Assembly: GCA_046290225.1 (NCBI GenBank)
Contig: JBKAGE010000015.1
Coordinates: 1 to 37,515, forward strand
Direction: 5' to 3'
DNA length: 37,515 bases
DNA from: Bradymonadia bacterium
Lineage (GTDB): Bacteria > Myxococcota_A > Bradymonadia > UBA7976 > UBA1532
Below are positions 17,279 through 26,965 of the stretch, one piece after another. A program made the translations under genes and the position numbers. The first letter of the stretch is position 1. The number at the start of each line of letters is the position of its first letter. The notes beneath the pieces are model-generated. The model was not told the origin of the DNA and searched no databases. It worked only from the letters and a program-made list of their open reading frames with translations.

Positions 17279-18763
17279 TCACAGCTGGGGTGTGGGGGCC
17301 GCCAACAACAGAGACTGCAGGTCGTCGTCGGTGAACTCGATGCCGATGCCGATGAAGCCCCCGCGACGCTCGGGGTTCAGGATCTCGTCGACACCACCGG
17401 CGATGAAGATGTGAGAGAAGAAGGTGTACGAGGCCCAGGTGCGCATGCGGGGCGCTGCGGCCTCTTCGAGGTCGAAGAGATCGGTGCTGATGAAGAGCTT
17501 GTCGTCGAAGAAGTGCATGTCGAGGCCGATGCCCCCGTTGCTCTCCATGATGCCGATGCGGCCGGTGACGAAGTGGAACCGCTTGGCGAACTGCAGCGAG
17601 AACTTGAAGGCGCTCTGGGTGACGGTCTCCTGCTCTCGCACCACCGGATCGGTGTCAGAGGCCGTGGAGTTGGTCACCCGCTCGCGAAAGATGGTGGACC
17701 CACGCGGATCGTCCACGAGCTGCAGCAGGTAGTACTTGTCGGGCCGGGGCTGGATCTTGAGGCTGAAGTAGTTCTTCGTGGAGTTGTCGGCGAGGTAGAG
17801 CTCGCTGCGCAGAGCCACCACCATCTGCAATCGAGTGAATCGGCGGATGAGCGTGCCGGTGTCGTCGACGACGTCGTTGATACTGGTGATGAGCTTGTCG
17901 TCGTTCACCAGCCGGCCCAGCGTACCCTTGCCGTCGTCGATCTTGCCGGTGATGGACTCGGTGTTCTCCAAGGTGCCGTCGAGCTTGTCGAGGGCGGTGT
18001 TCAGGCGCGAGACCGCCCCCTTCACCCCTTCGAAGCCCTCTCTCACGTCGCCCTTGTTCTCGCCGACGATCTGCTTCACCTCACCGACGATGCGCTTGGC
18101 GTCGGTCATGATGACCCGGGCGTCGCGGCGGAACTCATTGGTGAAGAGTCGCGCGTTGCGACTCACCTCGACGACGTTGTCGAAGACCACGTCCACCTTC
18201 CGGGCGTTGGCGGCGACGATGTCGTTGATGCGGGCCACCGTCTCGTTCACCTCGGTCATGATGGCCACGAGGCGGCGCTCACCCTCGTCGGAGACCACCC
18301 GCTTGAGGCTGGCGGTGATCTCCTTGACGTTCTCCACGATCTCCTTCGACTCATTGATCAAGTCGGAGGTAGACGCGTCATAGAGCACGTTGGAGATCTC
18401 AGCGCCGTCCTTGAGCGGCTCGCCGAGCTTGCCGGGGGTGAGCTCGAGGTAGTACTCGCCGAGCAAGCTGGCCTGCCGCTTGGCGATGGTGGCGTCGCTC
18501 TTGAGAGGGGTGTTCACCAACAACCACACCCGGGCCTGACGGCCCACGAGCTCGATGCGGTCGATCTGGCCCACGTTGATGCCAGCGATGACCACACGGG
18601 ACTTCTCCACGAGGCCGCTGACATCTTTGAAGGTGGCGCTCACCTTGTAACCCGAGGGGTCGTCGCCGATGCCCTCTTGCACCTTGCCGAACATGAAGGT
18701 GAAAGCCACGAAGCCGGTGATGACCACCAGCCCCACTTTGAAAGGAGTCAAGAACGCGCTCAT
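17279..18763 (-). CDS. mlaD: MCE/MlaD-family protein with long helical region and beta-rich C-terminus
   Basis: ATG 18763 overlaps the mlaE stop (ATGA). FKVGLVV TM, MCE domain FKDVSGL...VVIAGINVGQID...SLLGEYYLELTPG, and GKGTLGRLVND. Confidence 0.92.
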   Translation of the reverse strand: MSAFLTPFKVGLVVITGFVAFTFMFGKVQEGIGDDPSGYKVSATFKDVSGLVEKSRVVIAGINVGQIDRIELVGRQARVWLLVNTPLKSDATIAKRQASLLGEYYLELTPGKLGEPLKDGAEISNVLYDASTSDLINESKEIVENVKEITASLKRVVSDEGERRLVAIMTEVNETVARINDIVAANARKVDVVFDNVVEVSRNARLFTNEFRRDARVIMTDAKRIVGEVKQIVGENKGDVREGFEGVKGAVSRLNTALDKLDGTLENTESITGKIDDGKGTLGRLVNDDKLITSINDVVDDTGTLIRRFTRLQMVVALRSELYLADNSTKNYFSLKIQPRPDKYYLLQLVDDPRGSTIFRERVTNSTASDTDPVVREQETVTQSAFKFSLQFAKRFHFVTGRIGIMESNGGIGLDMHFFDDKLFISTDLFDLEEAAAPRMRTWASYTFFSHIFIAGGVDEILNPERRGGFIGIGIEFTDDDLQSLLLAAPTPQL

Positions 18764-19566
18764 TCGAACATCGCCGCTGTGAGGAAGTAGTCTGCAATCA
18801 GAATGAGGACGCTGGAGACCACCACGGACTGCGTGGTGGCCAGGCCCACGCCACGGGCGCCCCCCTTGGCGTAGAAGCCTTTGTAGCACCCTACAAGGGT
18901 GAGGATGACTCCGAAGACCGCGGCCTTGATCATGCCGCTGTTGAGATCAGCCGGATCGACGAGCCAGTAGGTGTTGGCGAGGAACTGCCCCTCGTCGATG
19001 TTGAGCAACACCACGCCGACGAACCACGCCCCGAACATGCCCACGATGGTGAACAGCGCGCACAACGCCGGCCCCATGATCAGCCCGGCGAGCACCCGAG
19101 GTACCACGAGATACTGCACGGGATTCACCGCCATGGTCTTGAGGGCGTCGATCTGTTCGGTGACCCGCATCGTGCCCAGCTCGGTGGCGATGCCGCTGCC
19201 GGCTCGTCCGGTGACCATGAGGCCCATGAGCACGGGGGACAGCTCTCGGGTGAGCGACAAACCCACGGTGGAGCCCACGAGGCTCTCGGCGTTGAACAGC
19301 CGGAAGGCGATGGCCCCCTGCAGGGCGAAGACGGCCCCGGTGAACAGCCCCGTGAGCAACACGATGAAAAGGCTGCCCACGCCGACGAACTCCATGGCCT
19401 GGAACAGCAAACGGAACCGGTACGGGGGCCGGATCGTCCAAGCGAGGAAGTTGCCGAAGAAGATGGCTGACTGCCCGATGCCTTCGGTGAGCCCGATGAC
19501 CCAGGCGCCGATGCCTTCCACAGCCCCCTTCGTGCTGGTGGTCATCCGCTGGAAGATGCCGCTCAC
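18760..19566 (-). CDS. mlaE: MlaE-family ABC transporter permease
   Basis: GVGSLFIV, RELSPVL, GRAGSGIATELGTMRVTEQIDALKTMAVNP, LVVPRVLA, GARGVGLATT. Confidence 0.97.
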   Translation of the reverse strand: MSGIFQRMTTSTKGAVEGIGAWVIGLTEGIGQSAIFFGNFLAWTIRPPYRFRLLFQAMEFVGVGSLFIVLLTGLFTGAVFALQGAIAFRLFNAESLVGSTVGLSLTRELSPVLMGLMVTGRAGSGIATELGTMRVTEQIDALKTMAVNPVQYLVVPRVLAGLIMGPALCALFTIVGMFGAWFVGVVLLNIDEGQFLANTYWLVDPADLNSGMIKAAVFGVILTLVGCYKGFYAKGGARGVGLATTQSVVVSSVLILIADYFLTAAMFE

Positions 19567-19823
19567 CTGTGCCTTACCGTGTGTGTGGGGCCGTTCAACG
19601 ATGGCGCTCGGGGTTTCATTCTCACAGAAATCACAGCCCCACTCTCACAGGGGGTCTGCCGTGCGATGGCCGGTTGTCGCAGTCTGCCTGCGTGGCGTCA
19701 ACCACCTCTTTCATGGCGAGAGAGCCGCAGTTGTCAAGGCACAGTGTGGAGGCGCTGGGTCGTTGCCCATAGGGCTCAGGGGTGTTAGAGCAGCGAAGAC
19801 TTTGAGCGAGCGAGGGTGAGGCG

Positions 19824-21191
19824 GTGCGCATCATCATCATCGGAGCGGGCGAGGTGGGCTTCAACATCGCCGCGCGGCTGGTGACCGAAGGTCACGACGT
19901 GCTCATCGTCGAGCAGCAGGAGGCGATCCTCGATCGCATCTCCGAGGCGCTCGACATTCAGGCGATCCGCGGCCACGGTGCCCGACCATCGGTACTGCAG
20001 GAAGCGGGCATCGAAGACGCCGAGATGGTGATCGCCGTCACCGACTCTGACGAGGTGAACATGGTGGCGTGCCTCAACGCCGCCATCTTCGGTCGATCCG
20101 ACGTCATCAAGATCGCTCGCGTGCGCGATCCGGCCTATCTCGACGAGCGCTTCTTCAACGACGAGCGGGTCACCATCGACCGGGCCATCAACCCCGAGCG
20201 GGTCACCGCGGACAAAATCGTGGGCCTGCTCAAGTACCCCGCCATCACCGAAATCGCCGAGTTCTCCAAAGGGCAGGTGCAGCTGGTGCGATTGCCTATC
20301 ACGGGAACCAGCCCGCTGGCGGGGCTGCGCTTCGTCGATCTCGCGGAGCGGTTCCCCAAGACCCAGCTGCTCATCGCCGCCCTGCATCGCGATCATCAGC
20401 TGATCATCCCCACAGGCTCTGACGTGATCCTGCCCGGTGACGAGGCTTACATCGTCACCCAGCCCAACCAGTGCCAGGTGATGCTGGAGCGGGTGGGCAT
20501 CAAGGGTCAGAGTACCTCTCGGGTGATGATCGCTGGGGGCTCGCGCATCGCCCGCTTCATCGCCGCTGATCTCGAGGCGGTGGGGGTGCAGGTCAAAATC
20601 GTGGAGCCCAACGCCCGCCGGGCGCAAATCCTCGCGGAGGAGCTGCCCCACACGGTGGTGATCCACGGGGAGCCCACCGACGCGGAATTGCTCAAAGAAG
20701 AGAACATCCACGAGATGCACGCCTTCATCGCCGTGGGCCAGGACGAAGAGCTGAACATGATGTCTGCCCTGCTCGCTCGACGCCTCGGGGCGCCGCGGGT
20801 CATGGCCACGACGAACCGGGGGGCATACCTGCCGATCCTGTCGGCCATCGGCATCGACGTGGGCATCAGCCCCCGCATGGTGGCGGTGAACTCGATCCTG
20901 CACTTCGTGCGCCGGGGTCGGGTTGTGGCGGCGAGCATGCTCGGCGAAGAGGCCGACGCCGAGGCCATGGAATTCGAAGCGGTGGCGGGCTCCGATGCCG
21001 TGGGGGTGCCACTGCACGCTCTGAAGATGCCCAAGGACAGTCTCATCGCCGCGATCCAGCGAGGCGACGAGGTGATCCTGCCCACGGGCCAGACCCGCAT
21101 CGAAGCAGATGATCACGTGCTGGTGGTGGCCCTCGAGCCTGCGGTGGCTGCCGTGGAGCGACTGCTCCAGCGCCGAGTGGACCGGGAGTAA
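19824..21191 (+). CDS. trkA: Trk system potassium uptake protein TrkA
   Basis: MRIIIIGAGEVG, AVTDSDEVNMVAC, KIARVR, INPE. Two RCK-N/RCK-C repeats, 455 aa. Confidence 0.96.
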   Translation: MRIIIIGAGEVGFNIAARLVTEGHDVLIVEQQEAILDRISEALDIQAIRGHGARPSVLQEAGIEDAEMVIAVTDSDEVNMVACLNAAIFGRSDVIKIARVRDPAYLDERFFNDERVTIDRAINPERVTADKIVGLLKYPAITEIAEFSKGQVQLVRLPITGTSPLAGLRFVDLAERFPKTQLLIAALHRDHQLIIPTGSDVILPGDEAYIVTQPNQCQVMLERVGIKGQSTSRVMIAGGSRIARFIAADLEAVGVQVKIVEPNARRAQILAEELPHTVVIHGEPTDAELLKEENIHEMHAFIAVGQDEELNMMSALLARRLGAPRVMATTNRGAYLPILSAIGIDVGISPRMVAVNSILHFVRRGRVVAASMLGEEADAEAMEFEAVAGSDAVGVPLHALKMPKDSLIAAIQRGDEVILPTGQTRIEADDHVLVVALEPAVAAVERLLQRRVDRE

Positions 21192-21194
21192 CCC

Positions 21195-22790
21195 ATGCAG
21201 CTGCTGCACCTGGGCCACCTCGTGGGGGTGCTGCTGTTGATCCTCGCCGGGGCCATGGTGCCCTCCTGGGTGATCGCGGCGCTGGACAATGGTCCTGATC
21301 TCGCGGGCCTGTCTTCAGCGGTGCAATGGACGACGGTGGTAGGCCTGGTCCTGTTCCTGGGCACGCGCCGCCAAGCGCGTCAGCGCTCTCTGAGCCACCG
21401 GGCGGGCTTCTTGATCGTGGGCGTGGCCTGGCTGGTGGCAGGCCTCGTAGGGGCCCTGCCCTTCTTCTTGTACGCCCATCTGTCGCCAGAGGGCATCTGC
21501 GAGGCAGCTGCGCAGGTGGCCGCACTCGGTGAGGGCCGCCTGCCCATCGGCGGAGAGTTCTGCAGCTTCACCGACGCCGCCTTCGAATCGATCAGCGGGT
21601 TCACTACGACAGGCTCGAGCATCCTGACCGACGGCCTCTGGGACGGCCCGGGCACGATGATGGCGGGGGATCGCCCGGGCCTGCCCCGAGGCGTGCTGCT
21701 CTGGCGCTCGATGACCCATTTTCTCGGGGGCATGGGCATCGTGGTGCTCGGTGTGGCGATCCTGCCCCTGCTCGGCGTCGGCGGCATGGAGCTGTTCAAG
21801 GCCGAGGTGCCCGGGCCCACCACCGACAAGCTGGCTCCCCGGGTGGGCGAGACGGCGAAATTACTCTGGAAGGTCTACCTGCTCTTCAGCGGCATCATGT
21901 TCTCGCTGCTGATGATCGGGGGCATCGACGCCTTCAGCGCGGTGAACCACACCATGGCCACCATGGCCACCGGAGGCTTCAGCCTCTACAGCGGCAGCGC
22001 AGCTTCGTTCCAGAGCCCTTATGTGGAGTGGGTGTTGATCCTGTTCATGTACATGGCGGGCATCAACTTCAACCTGCACTTCGTCGCGCTGCGCGGTCGG
22101 CCTCTCGCCCCCCTCAAAGACCCGGAATGGCGGGTGTACACCTTCATCTGCGTGGCCTTCACGCTGATCATCGCCCTGGCCTTGACCTCAGGGGCGGATC
22201 AGGCCCCCGAGGGCCACGCCCACGGCTTCGGCACCAACGTGCGCATCGCGGCGTTCCAAGTGCTGGCCACCATCACCACCACGGGCTTCGCCAGCGCCGA
22301 CTTCGAAGCCTGGACCTTCGCGCCAGCAGCCCTGGGCTTCTTGATGTTGTTGTTCTTCTTCGGAGGCATGGCGGGCTCTACCGGTGGGGGCGTGAAGGTG
22401 GTCCGTCACATCCTGCTGGTGAAGCAGTGGGTCCGTGAGCTGTTCTTGCTGATCCACCCTCGAGGTGTGCGACCGGTGCGTCTCGCGGGGCGCCCGGTCC
22501 CCCCGGCGGTCATGCGCGGTGTGTTCAGCTTCATCGGGGCCTACATCGCCCTGCTGGCCATCGGCACTCTGTGTTTCGCTCTCGACGGGCAAGACATGGC
22601 CACGGCCTTCACGGCGTCGGCCTCTGCACTGGGAAACGTGGGCCCGGGCCTCGGCGACATCGGGCCCTACGACAACTGGTCGGTGCTCGGTGATGCTGCG
22701 AAGTGGATCGCGGGATTGCTGATGCTGCTCGGGCGGTTGGAGATCTACACGTTGTTGATTTTGCTCTCACCGCAGTTCTGGCGGCGGTGA
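21195..22790 (+). CDS. trkH: Trk system potassium uptake membrane protein TrkH
   Basis: FESISGFTTTGSS, LLWRSMTHFLGGMGIVV, MATGGFS, TTTGF, GGMAGSTGGGVKV, LGNVGPG, MLLGRLEIY. Confidence 0.97.
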   Translation: MQLLHLGHLVGVLLLILAGAMVPSWVIAALDNGPDLAGLSSAVQWTTVVGLVLFLGTRRQARQRSLSHRAGFLIVGVAWLVAGLVGALPFFLYAHLSPEGICEAAAQVAALGEGRLPIGGEFCSFTDAAFESISGFTTTGSSILTDGLWDGPGTMMAGDRPGLPRGVLLWRSMTHFLGGMGIVVLGVAILPLLGVGGMELFKAEVPGPTTDKLAPRVGETAKLLWKVYLLFSGIMFSLLMIGGIDAFSAVNHTMATMATGGFSLYSGSAASFQSPYVEWVLILFMYMAGINFNLHFVALRGRPLAPLKDPEWRVYTFICVAFTLIIALALTSGADQAPEGHAHGFGTNVRIAAFQVLATITTTGFASADFEAWTFAPAALGFLMLLFFFGGMAGSTGGGVKVVRHILLVKQWVRELFLLIHPRGVRPVRLAGRPVPPAVMRGVFSFIGAYIALLAIGTLCFALDGQDMATAFTASASALGNVGPGLGDIGPYDNWSVLGDAAKWIAGLLMLLGRLEIYTLLILLSPQFWRR

Positions 22791-22806
22791 GCTGACACCA
22801 GCCCCC

Positions 22807-25110
22807 TCAGCGTACAACTAGATCTTCGAGCCAGGGCAACTCGACAGCACCTTCCTGGTAGTACCTCTCAGCCCAGTCCCCGTCGGTCAGCCGCTCGAAG
22901 TTCTCGGTGACGAAGTTGTGCGTCGAGTACACCGGGCCAGCATATGCGCGGGGGCCGGTGCAGCTCTCTACCGTGACCACCATCAGGCGTGGGAAACCCG
23001 TAGCCATGTGCATCACCTTGCCCACCAAAGCACCCATCTCGTCGGTGGGCTGCGTGTGGATGTCTACAGTGAGCAGATCGCTTGTATAGGGGTCTCCATT
23101 GTCGAGCACCAGGAGCAGCTTGCCGTACCAACCGCCGGTGACATAGCCGACATAATCATCAGGTCGGATGTCCACGGCCTGCTCCAGCCACATGACCTGC
23201 GCGTCGGTGAAGGGCTCGCCGGTGACCTGCTGCTCCGCGAGCACCTTCAGCTCGCTGGCCACCATGTGCATGTGTTGCCACCAGTCTCGGTAGAACGCCC
23301 CCCCTTCCGGATCGAGCGCCGCGAGGGGGCCTTCGCTGACGGCCAGCCCCATCTCGGCAAGTTGTATGAGGACCCCATAGAACTCAGGCACGGGATCAAC
23401 ATAACCGTCAGGGTAGTCGCAGCCCTCACCACCGGTGTAGCTGGGCTTGGCGTACAGCAAATTGTCGTGGCGCAGCTCGCTCCAGCTCCCGAGCTGTGCG
23501 TTGAGCAGACGACGGCCGAAGGCTTCGGTGCCCATCACCGCCGGTCGACCATGCCCTGCGGGATCAGCAGCGATCTCCGGATCAGGAGACAGTGCGCGTA
23601 GCGCGTTGATCCATCCTGAGTAGAGGTCCTCGGTCCACGCGTCTTTGGGGCGATCGTCCATCAGCGCCCGCATGGCTGCCAGATGACCCGGATAGTCTCC
23701 ATATGCCCGCAGCTCGTCTTCGAGCAGAGAAGCTGCCTGACTGTTGCCCAGTGCTGCGAAGGCCACATCGAGCGGATCAGGCATCATGCGAGGCGCTTGG
23801 AGCGAGTCCCAGACCACGTTGCTGAGCACCTCGCTGTCAACGATGTAGCGTTGACCGAAGAGGGTGAAGCTCACGGGGAGTGCGGTCCGCTTGTTCTCGC
23901 CGAGCCCTCCTCGGAAGAAGTCACCGCGGATGCGCTGCACATTGAAAGCTGCCGTAGTGAGCGTCTCGATGAGATCAGCATCTTCAGCGTCGCTGAGAGA
24001 CTGAGCTTCTCCAGGTAGGGCATCCCGCAGCGCCTCGAGCGTGTCCACGGTGACGAAATCTTGAGGTCCGACGAAGCTGCGCAGCACGGCCTCGATGCGG
24101 GCCCAATCCGCCCGCGCCGACGCGTCGATGAGCTTGTCGATCACCAGCGCTGCGGCGATGGCCCGACGATGCACCTGCCAGTCGCCGCTCTGATCGAGCT
24201 CGATGAATCGCAGATCGATGCGCCCGAGCCACATCATCGCTCGAAAATACTGCTCCAGCTCCTGGATTGAGGCGTAGTGACCACGAGGCTTGAACTGGCT
24301 CATGTCGGTCCGGCGCTGAGCGCCAAAAAGAGTGATCCCCTTGATGCCCTCAGCAGCCTCTGCTGCCTGAATCAACGCCTCTACTGTGTCAGCATCCCCA
24401 CCGGCCTCCGGCGGGATGAATCGGCCATTGAGCAGGCTGCGGGCCACGGCAAAATAGACGTCGAGGTCAGCGATGACCTCGGGACCCCAGTCAGCGCCTT
24501 CTCCCTCAGCAAGCCGCCCGTGCAGATGACTCAGCCAGCGATTCATCGCAGGCTTCAGGGTACGGACCTCCACACTCTTCAAAAGGGTGCCGTAGGCTCG
24601 ATGAAGCGCGTGGAGCAGACTGTCAGCGCTGATGTAGACCGGTAAATCAAAGTTGTAGATGCGCTCGTAGAGGCCAATGAAAGAGGCCTCGCTCTGCCGC
24701 GCGCTGATGACGAAGCCGCGGGCTTCCAACACGGCGAGCTCGTCATCATTCAGCGCATATGGGCTGGCCTGGATGATCTCGAGGTTCTCGGCGTCGAGGG
24801 GGTCGTATCCAAGATCGTCTGCGAAAGGCACCTTGAAGCGCTCGAGCACCCCATCCGCGTCGAGCGCCAGGCTGTCATCGACGAGATTGTTCAGCCGTTG
24901 CCGCTCGGCCTGTGCCTCCGCTGGCTCTGGCAGAGGCGCGTTGGGTAAGACCTCTTCAAAGGCTGGGGGTGCATCATTCACAGCCCCATCAGGCTGAGCG
25001 GGCATCTCACCGGAGCCTCCCCCACCTGATGGGCTGACTGATGGGCTGACACCATCGTCGGCGTCACACGCGGCGAGACACAGTGCAGTGAGAATCAGGA
25101 TCGAACGCAT
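22807..25110 (-). CDS. DUF3160-like lipoprotein
   Basis: Start ATG 25110 (MRSILILTALCLAAC lipobox). Motifs recalled for DUF3160: PVYISADSLLHALH, DMSQFKPRGHY, YFRAMMWLGR, FTLFGQRY, LGSWSELRHDNLLYAK, GYVDP. Confidence 0.88.
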   Translation of the reverse strand: MRSILILTALCLAACDADDGVSPSVSPSGGGGSGEMPAQPDGAVNDAPPAFEEVLPNAPLPEPAEAQAERQRLNNLVDDSLALDADGVLERFKVPFADDLGYDPLDAENLEIIQASPYALNDDELAVLEARGFVISARQSEASFIGLYERIYNFDLPVYISADSLLHALHRAYGTLLKSVEVRTLKPAMNRWLSHLHGRLAEGEGADWGPEVIADLDVYFAVARSLLNGRFIPPEAGGDADTVEALIQAAEAAEGIKGITLFGAQRRTDMSQFKPRGHYASIQELEQYFRAMMWLGRIDLRFIELDQSGDWQVHRRAIAAALVIDKLIDASARADWARIEAVLRSFVGPQDFVTVDTLEALRDALPGEAQSLSDAEDADLIETLTTAAFNVQRIRGDFFRGGLGENKRTALPVSFTLFGQRYIVDSEVLSNVVWDSLQAPRMMPDPLDVAFAALGNSQAASLLEDELRAYGDYPGHLAAMRALMDDRPKDAWTEDLYSGWINALRALSPDPEIAADPAGHGRPAVMGTEAFGRRLLNAQLGSWSELRHDNLLYAKPSYTGGEGCDYPDGYVDPVPEFYGVLIQLAEMGLAVSEGPLAALDPEGGAFYRDWWQHMHMVASELKVLAEQQVTGEPFTDAQVMWLEQAVDIRPDDYVGYVTGGWYGKLLLVLDNGDPYTSDLLTVDIHTQPTDEMGALVGKVMHMATGFPRLMVVTVESCTGPRAYAGPVYSTHNFVTENFERLTDGDWAERYYQEGAVELPWLEDLVVR

Positions 25111-25199
25111 ATGGGCCCCCAGTCTTGTGTGCTCTACCCGAAGGGAAAGTGGGGGCGATCTTACATGCGTTGCATATTTAGAGGTCCTCACAGAGCAGC

Positions 25200-26903
25200 T
25201 CAGCGCCGCGTCATGCGCATATCTGCCCTCGGAGCGCGGCGATGTGAAGATCTAAGCGAGATGTTCACCGTATGAGCCCCGGAGTCGTCGACACACCTCA
25301 CGAAGCCCTTCATCGCGTCGGTGCCAGCCATGCACAGCGCCCCTTCGTCGTTGACCGCGGCGTCCAGCACAGAGGCGCGTTGACCCAGCCTGTGCGTGTG
25401 TACTCGACCCTTCCGCTCGCCGTCTCGGCTCACTCGTGCCCAGCTCATGCCCACCACCCTCCACGTGTTCTCGGCGACATCGAGTCGGCGCTGATGCCCC
25501 ACCAGCCACGCCTCGCGGCCGGCAGTGGCCAGCCGTTTGAAGACCACACCCTGATGGCTGTTCGCGCCACCGCCCGCGTAGTGTTCGATGGCCTGGCGCC
25601 GCCCAGCGGCAGAATATCGAACGAAGGTGCCGCCTTTGATCGTCGGGCCCACCCCGGCGACGAGCAACGCGTCCCCCTGGCGCTTGATCGACTGGTAGGC
25701 GTTCCGGTCTTCACTCAGTCGGGTCCAGCGGTGCTTGCCCGAGGTGCTCAGGGCCATGACGAACCCTGAGGGCGCGCCGCGATTGCGCTTGCCGTGCAGG
25801 GCGCCATACGTCTCACCGACGATGACCGGCCTGCCGCGGGCATCCAGGGCAATGTCGTAGCCCTCGTCTGCGGGCAGTTTGTCGCCTCGCCAGACGTGGG
25901 TGCCGTAGGTGCGATGCCACTTCACCTTGCCGTCGGGGGCCAGCTTCATGGCCAGGATGTCGTAGGCATCGTGGGGCAACTTGCGACGCAGCTCAGAAGG
26001 GAGATCTCGAGTGGAGCGACCGGTGATGTAGATCATGCCCTTGGCATCAACGGCGACACCGTGTGCTGCTTCTGTGTGGGGGCTGCCCACTTGAGTGTGC
26101 ATGGTCGGGCGTCCGTCGAGGCTGTAGGTGCGCACGAAGACGTCTCGCTCACCTTTGCTCGACGAGCGGGGCATCGCTCCATCGGTGTAGCCCACCACCA
26201 CGACCCCCTTGGGACCCAAGGCCAGGTCGAGGGCTGCGTCTGCTTGGGGTGTGCCGAACTGTTTGCCCCAGAGCAGCTCTCCTCGGGCGTCGTAGCGGGC
26301 GATGAAGGCATCCTCTTTGCCTTTGCTCCGGGTGCCTTCCAGTGCGCCGATGACTTCGCCGGCGACGAAGTATCCCCCTGCTCCGTCAGACTCCACGGCA
26401 TGCACGAGCACCCGGGCCTTGGGCCTCGTGTAGAATGACCATTCGAAGGGCCGCCTCATCTGCACGCCGTTTCGCCCGCGGACGTGGCTCGGGTTCAGGC
26501 TCACCTTCACCTGTCGCTTCTCGTCAATGGGCCGGGCGAGTCGAATGGTGAACGTCTGGTCATCGCGGGTGCTGATCTTGCCCCCGGGGCAGCTTGAGAT
26601 CGATTTGCTCAGCTCCACCTGCACGGTGAAGGTCTGCTCTTCGAAGAACGACGGGTGACACACGACGTAACCGCTGTGATCGTTGATCTTCACCCGCCCT
26701 CTCTCGATGGGCTGGTCGAAGGTGACACGGATCGTGCGCACCGCGCCGTCTGCGGTGCCATCCGGGGTGACCTCGACGACACGAGGCGCACCACGTGCGC
26801 CCCGATCGGGCGGTGGATGACGCCGCGCTTCTGCTGCGGTGGTGCTCAGAATGAGGAGGGTGGAGAATGCGAGGCAGGTGCGTCGGGGGGAGCTCAAGGG
26901 CAT
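25200..26903 (-). CDS. secreted protein with Ig-like domain and SBBP-type beta-propeller repeats
   Basis: Signal peptide LAFSTLLILSTTAAEA. Big_5-like VVEVTPDG...IRVTFDQPI...FEWSFYT. Repeats DAFIARYDARGELLWGKQFGT, AHGVAVDAKGMIYITG, DILAMKLAPDGKVKWHRTYGT. Start is 26903 or 26960. Confidence 0.8.
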   Translation of the reverse strand: MPLSSPRRTCLAFSTLLILSTTAAEARRHPPPDRGARGAPRVVEVTPDGTADGAVRTIRVTFDQPIERGRVKINDHSGYVVCHPSFFEEQTFTVQVELSKSISSCPGGKISTRDDQTFTIRLARPIDEKRQVKVSLNPSHVRGRNGVQMRRPFEWSFYTRPKARVLVHAVESDGAGGYFVAGEVIGALEGTRSKGKEDAFIARYDARGELLWGKQFGTPQADAALDLALGPKGVVVVGYTDGAMPRSSSKGERDVFVRTYSLDGRPTMHTQVGSPHTEAAHGVAVDAKGMIYITGRSTRDLPSELRRKLPHDAYDILAMKLAPDGKVKWHRTYGTHVWRGDKLPADEGYDIALDARGRPVIVGETYGALHGKRNRGAPSGFVMALSTSGKHRWTRLSEDRNAYQSIKRQGDALLVAGVGPTIKGGTFVRYSAAGRRQAIEHYAGGGANSHQGVVFKRLATAGREAWLVGHQRRLDVAENTWRVVGMSWARVSRDGERKGRVHTHRLGQRASVLDAAVNDEGALCMAGTDAMKGFVRCVDDSGAHTVNISLRSSHRRAPRADMRMTRR

Positions 26904-26965
26904 CGAGTCGGGCCTTTCGTCGAAATCCGTAGACTCCCGACGCCGGCCCCTCCATGCCATTCATG

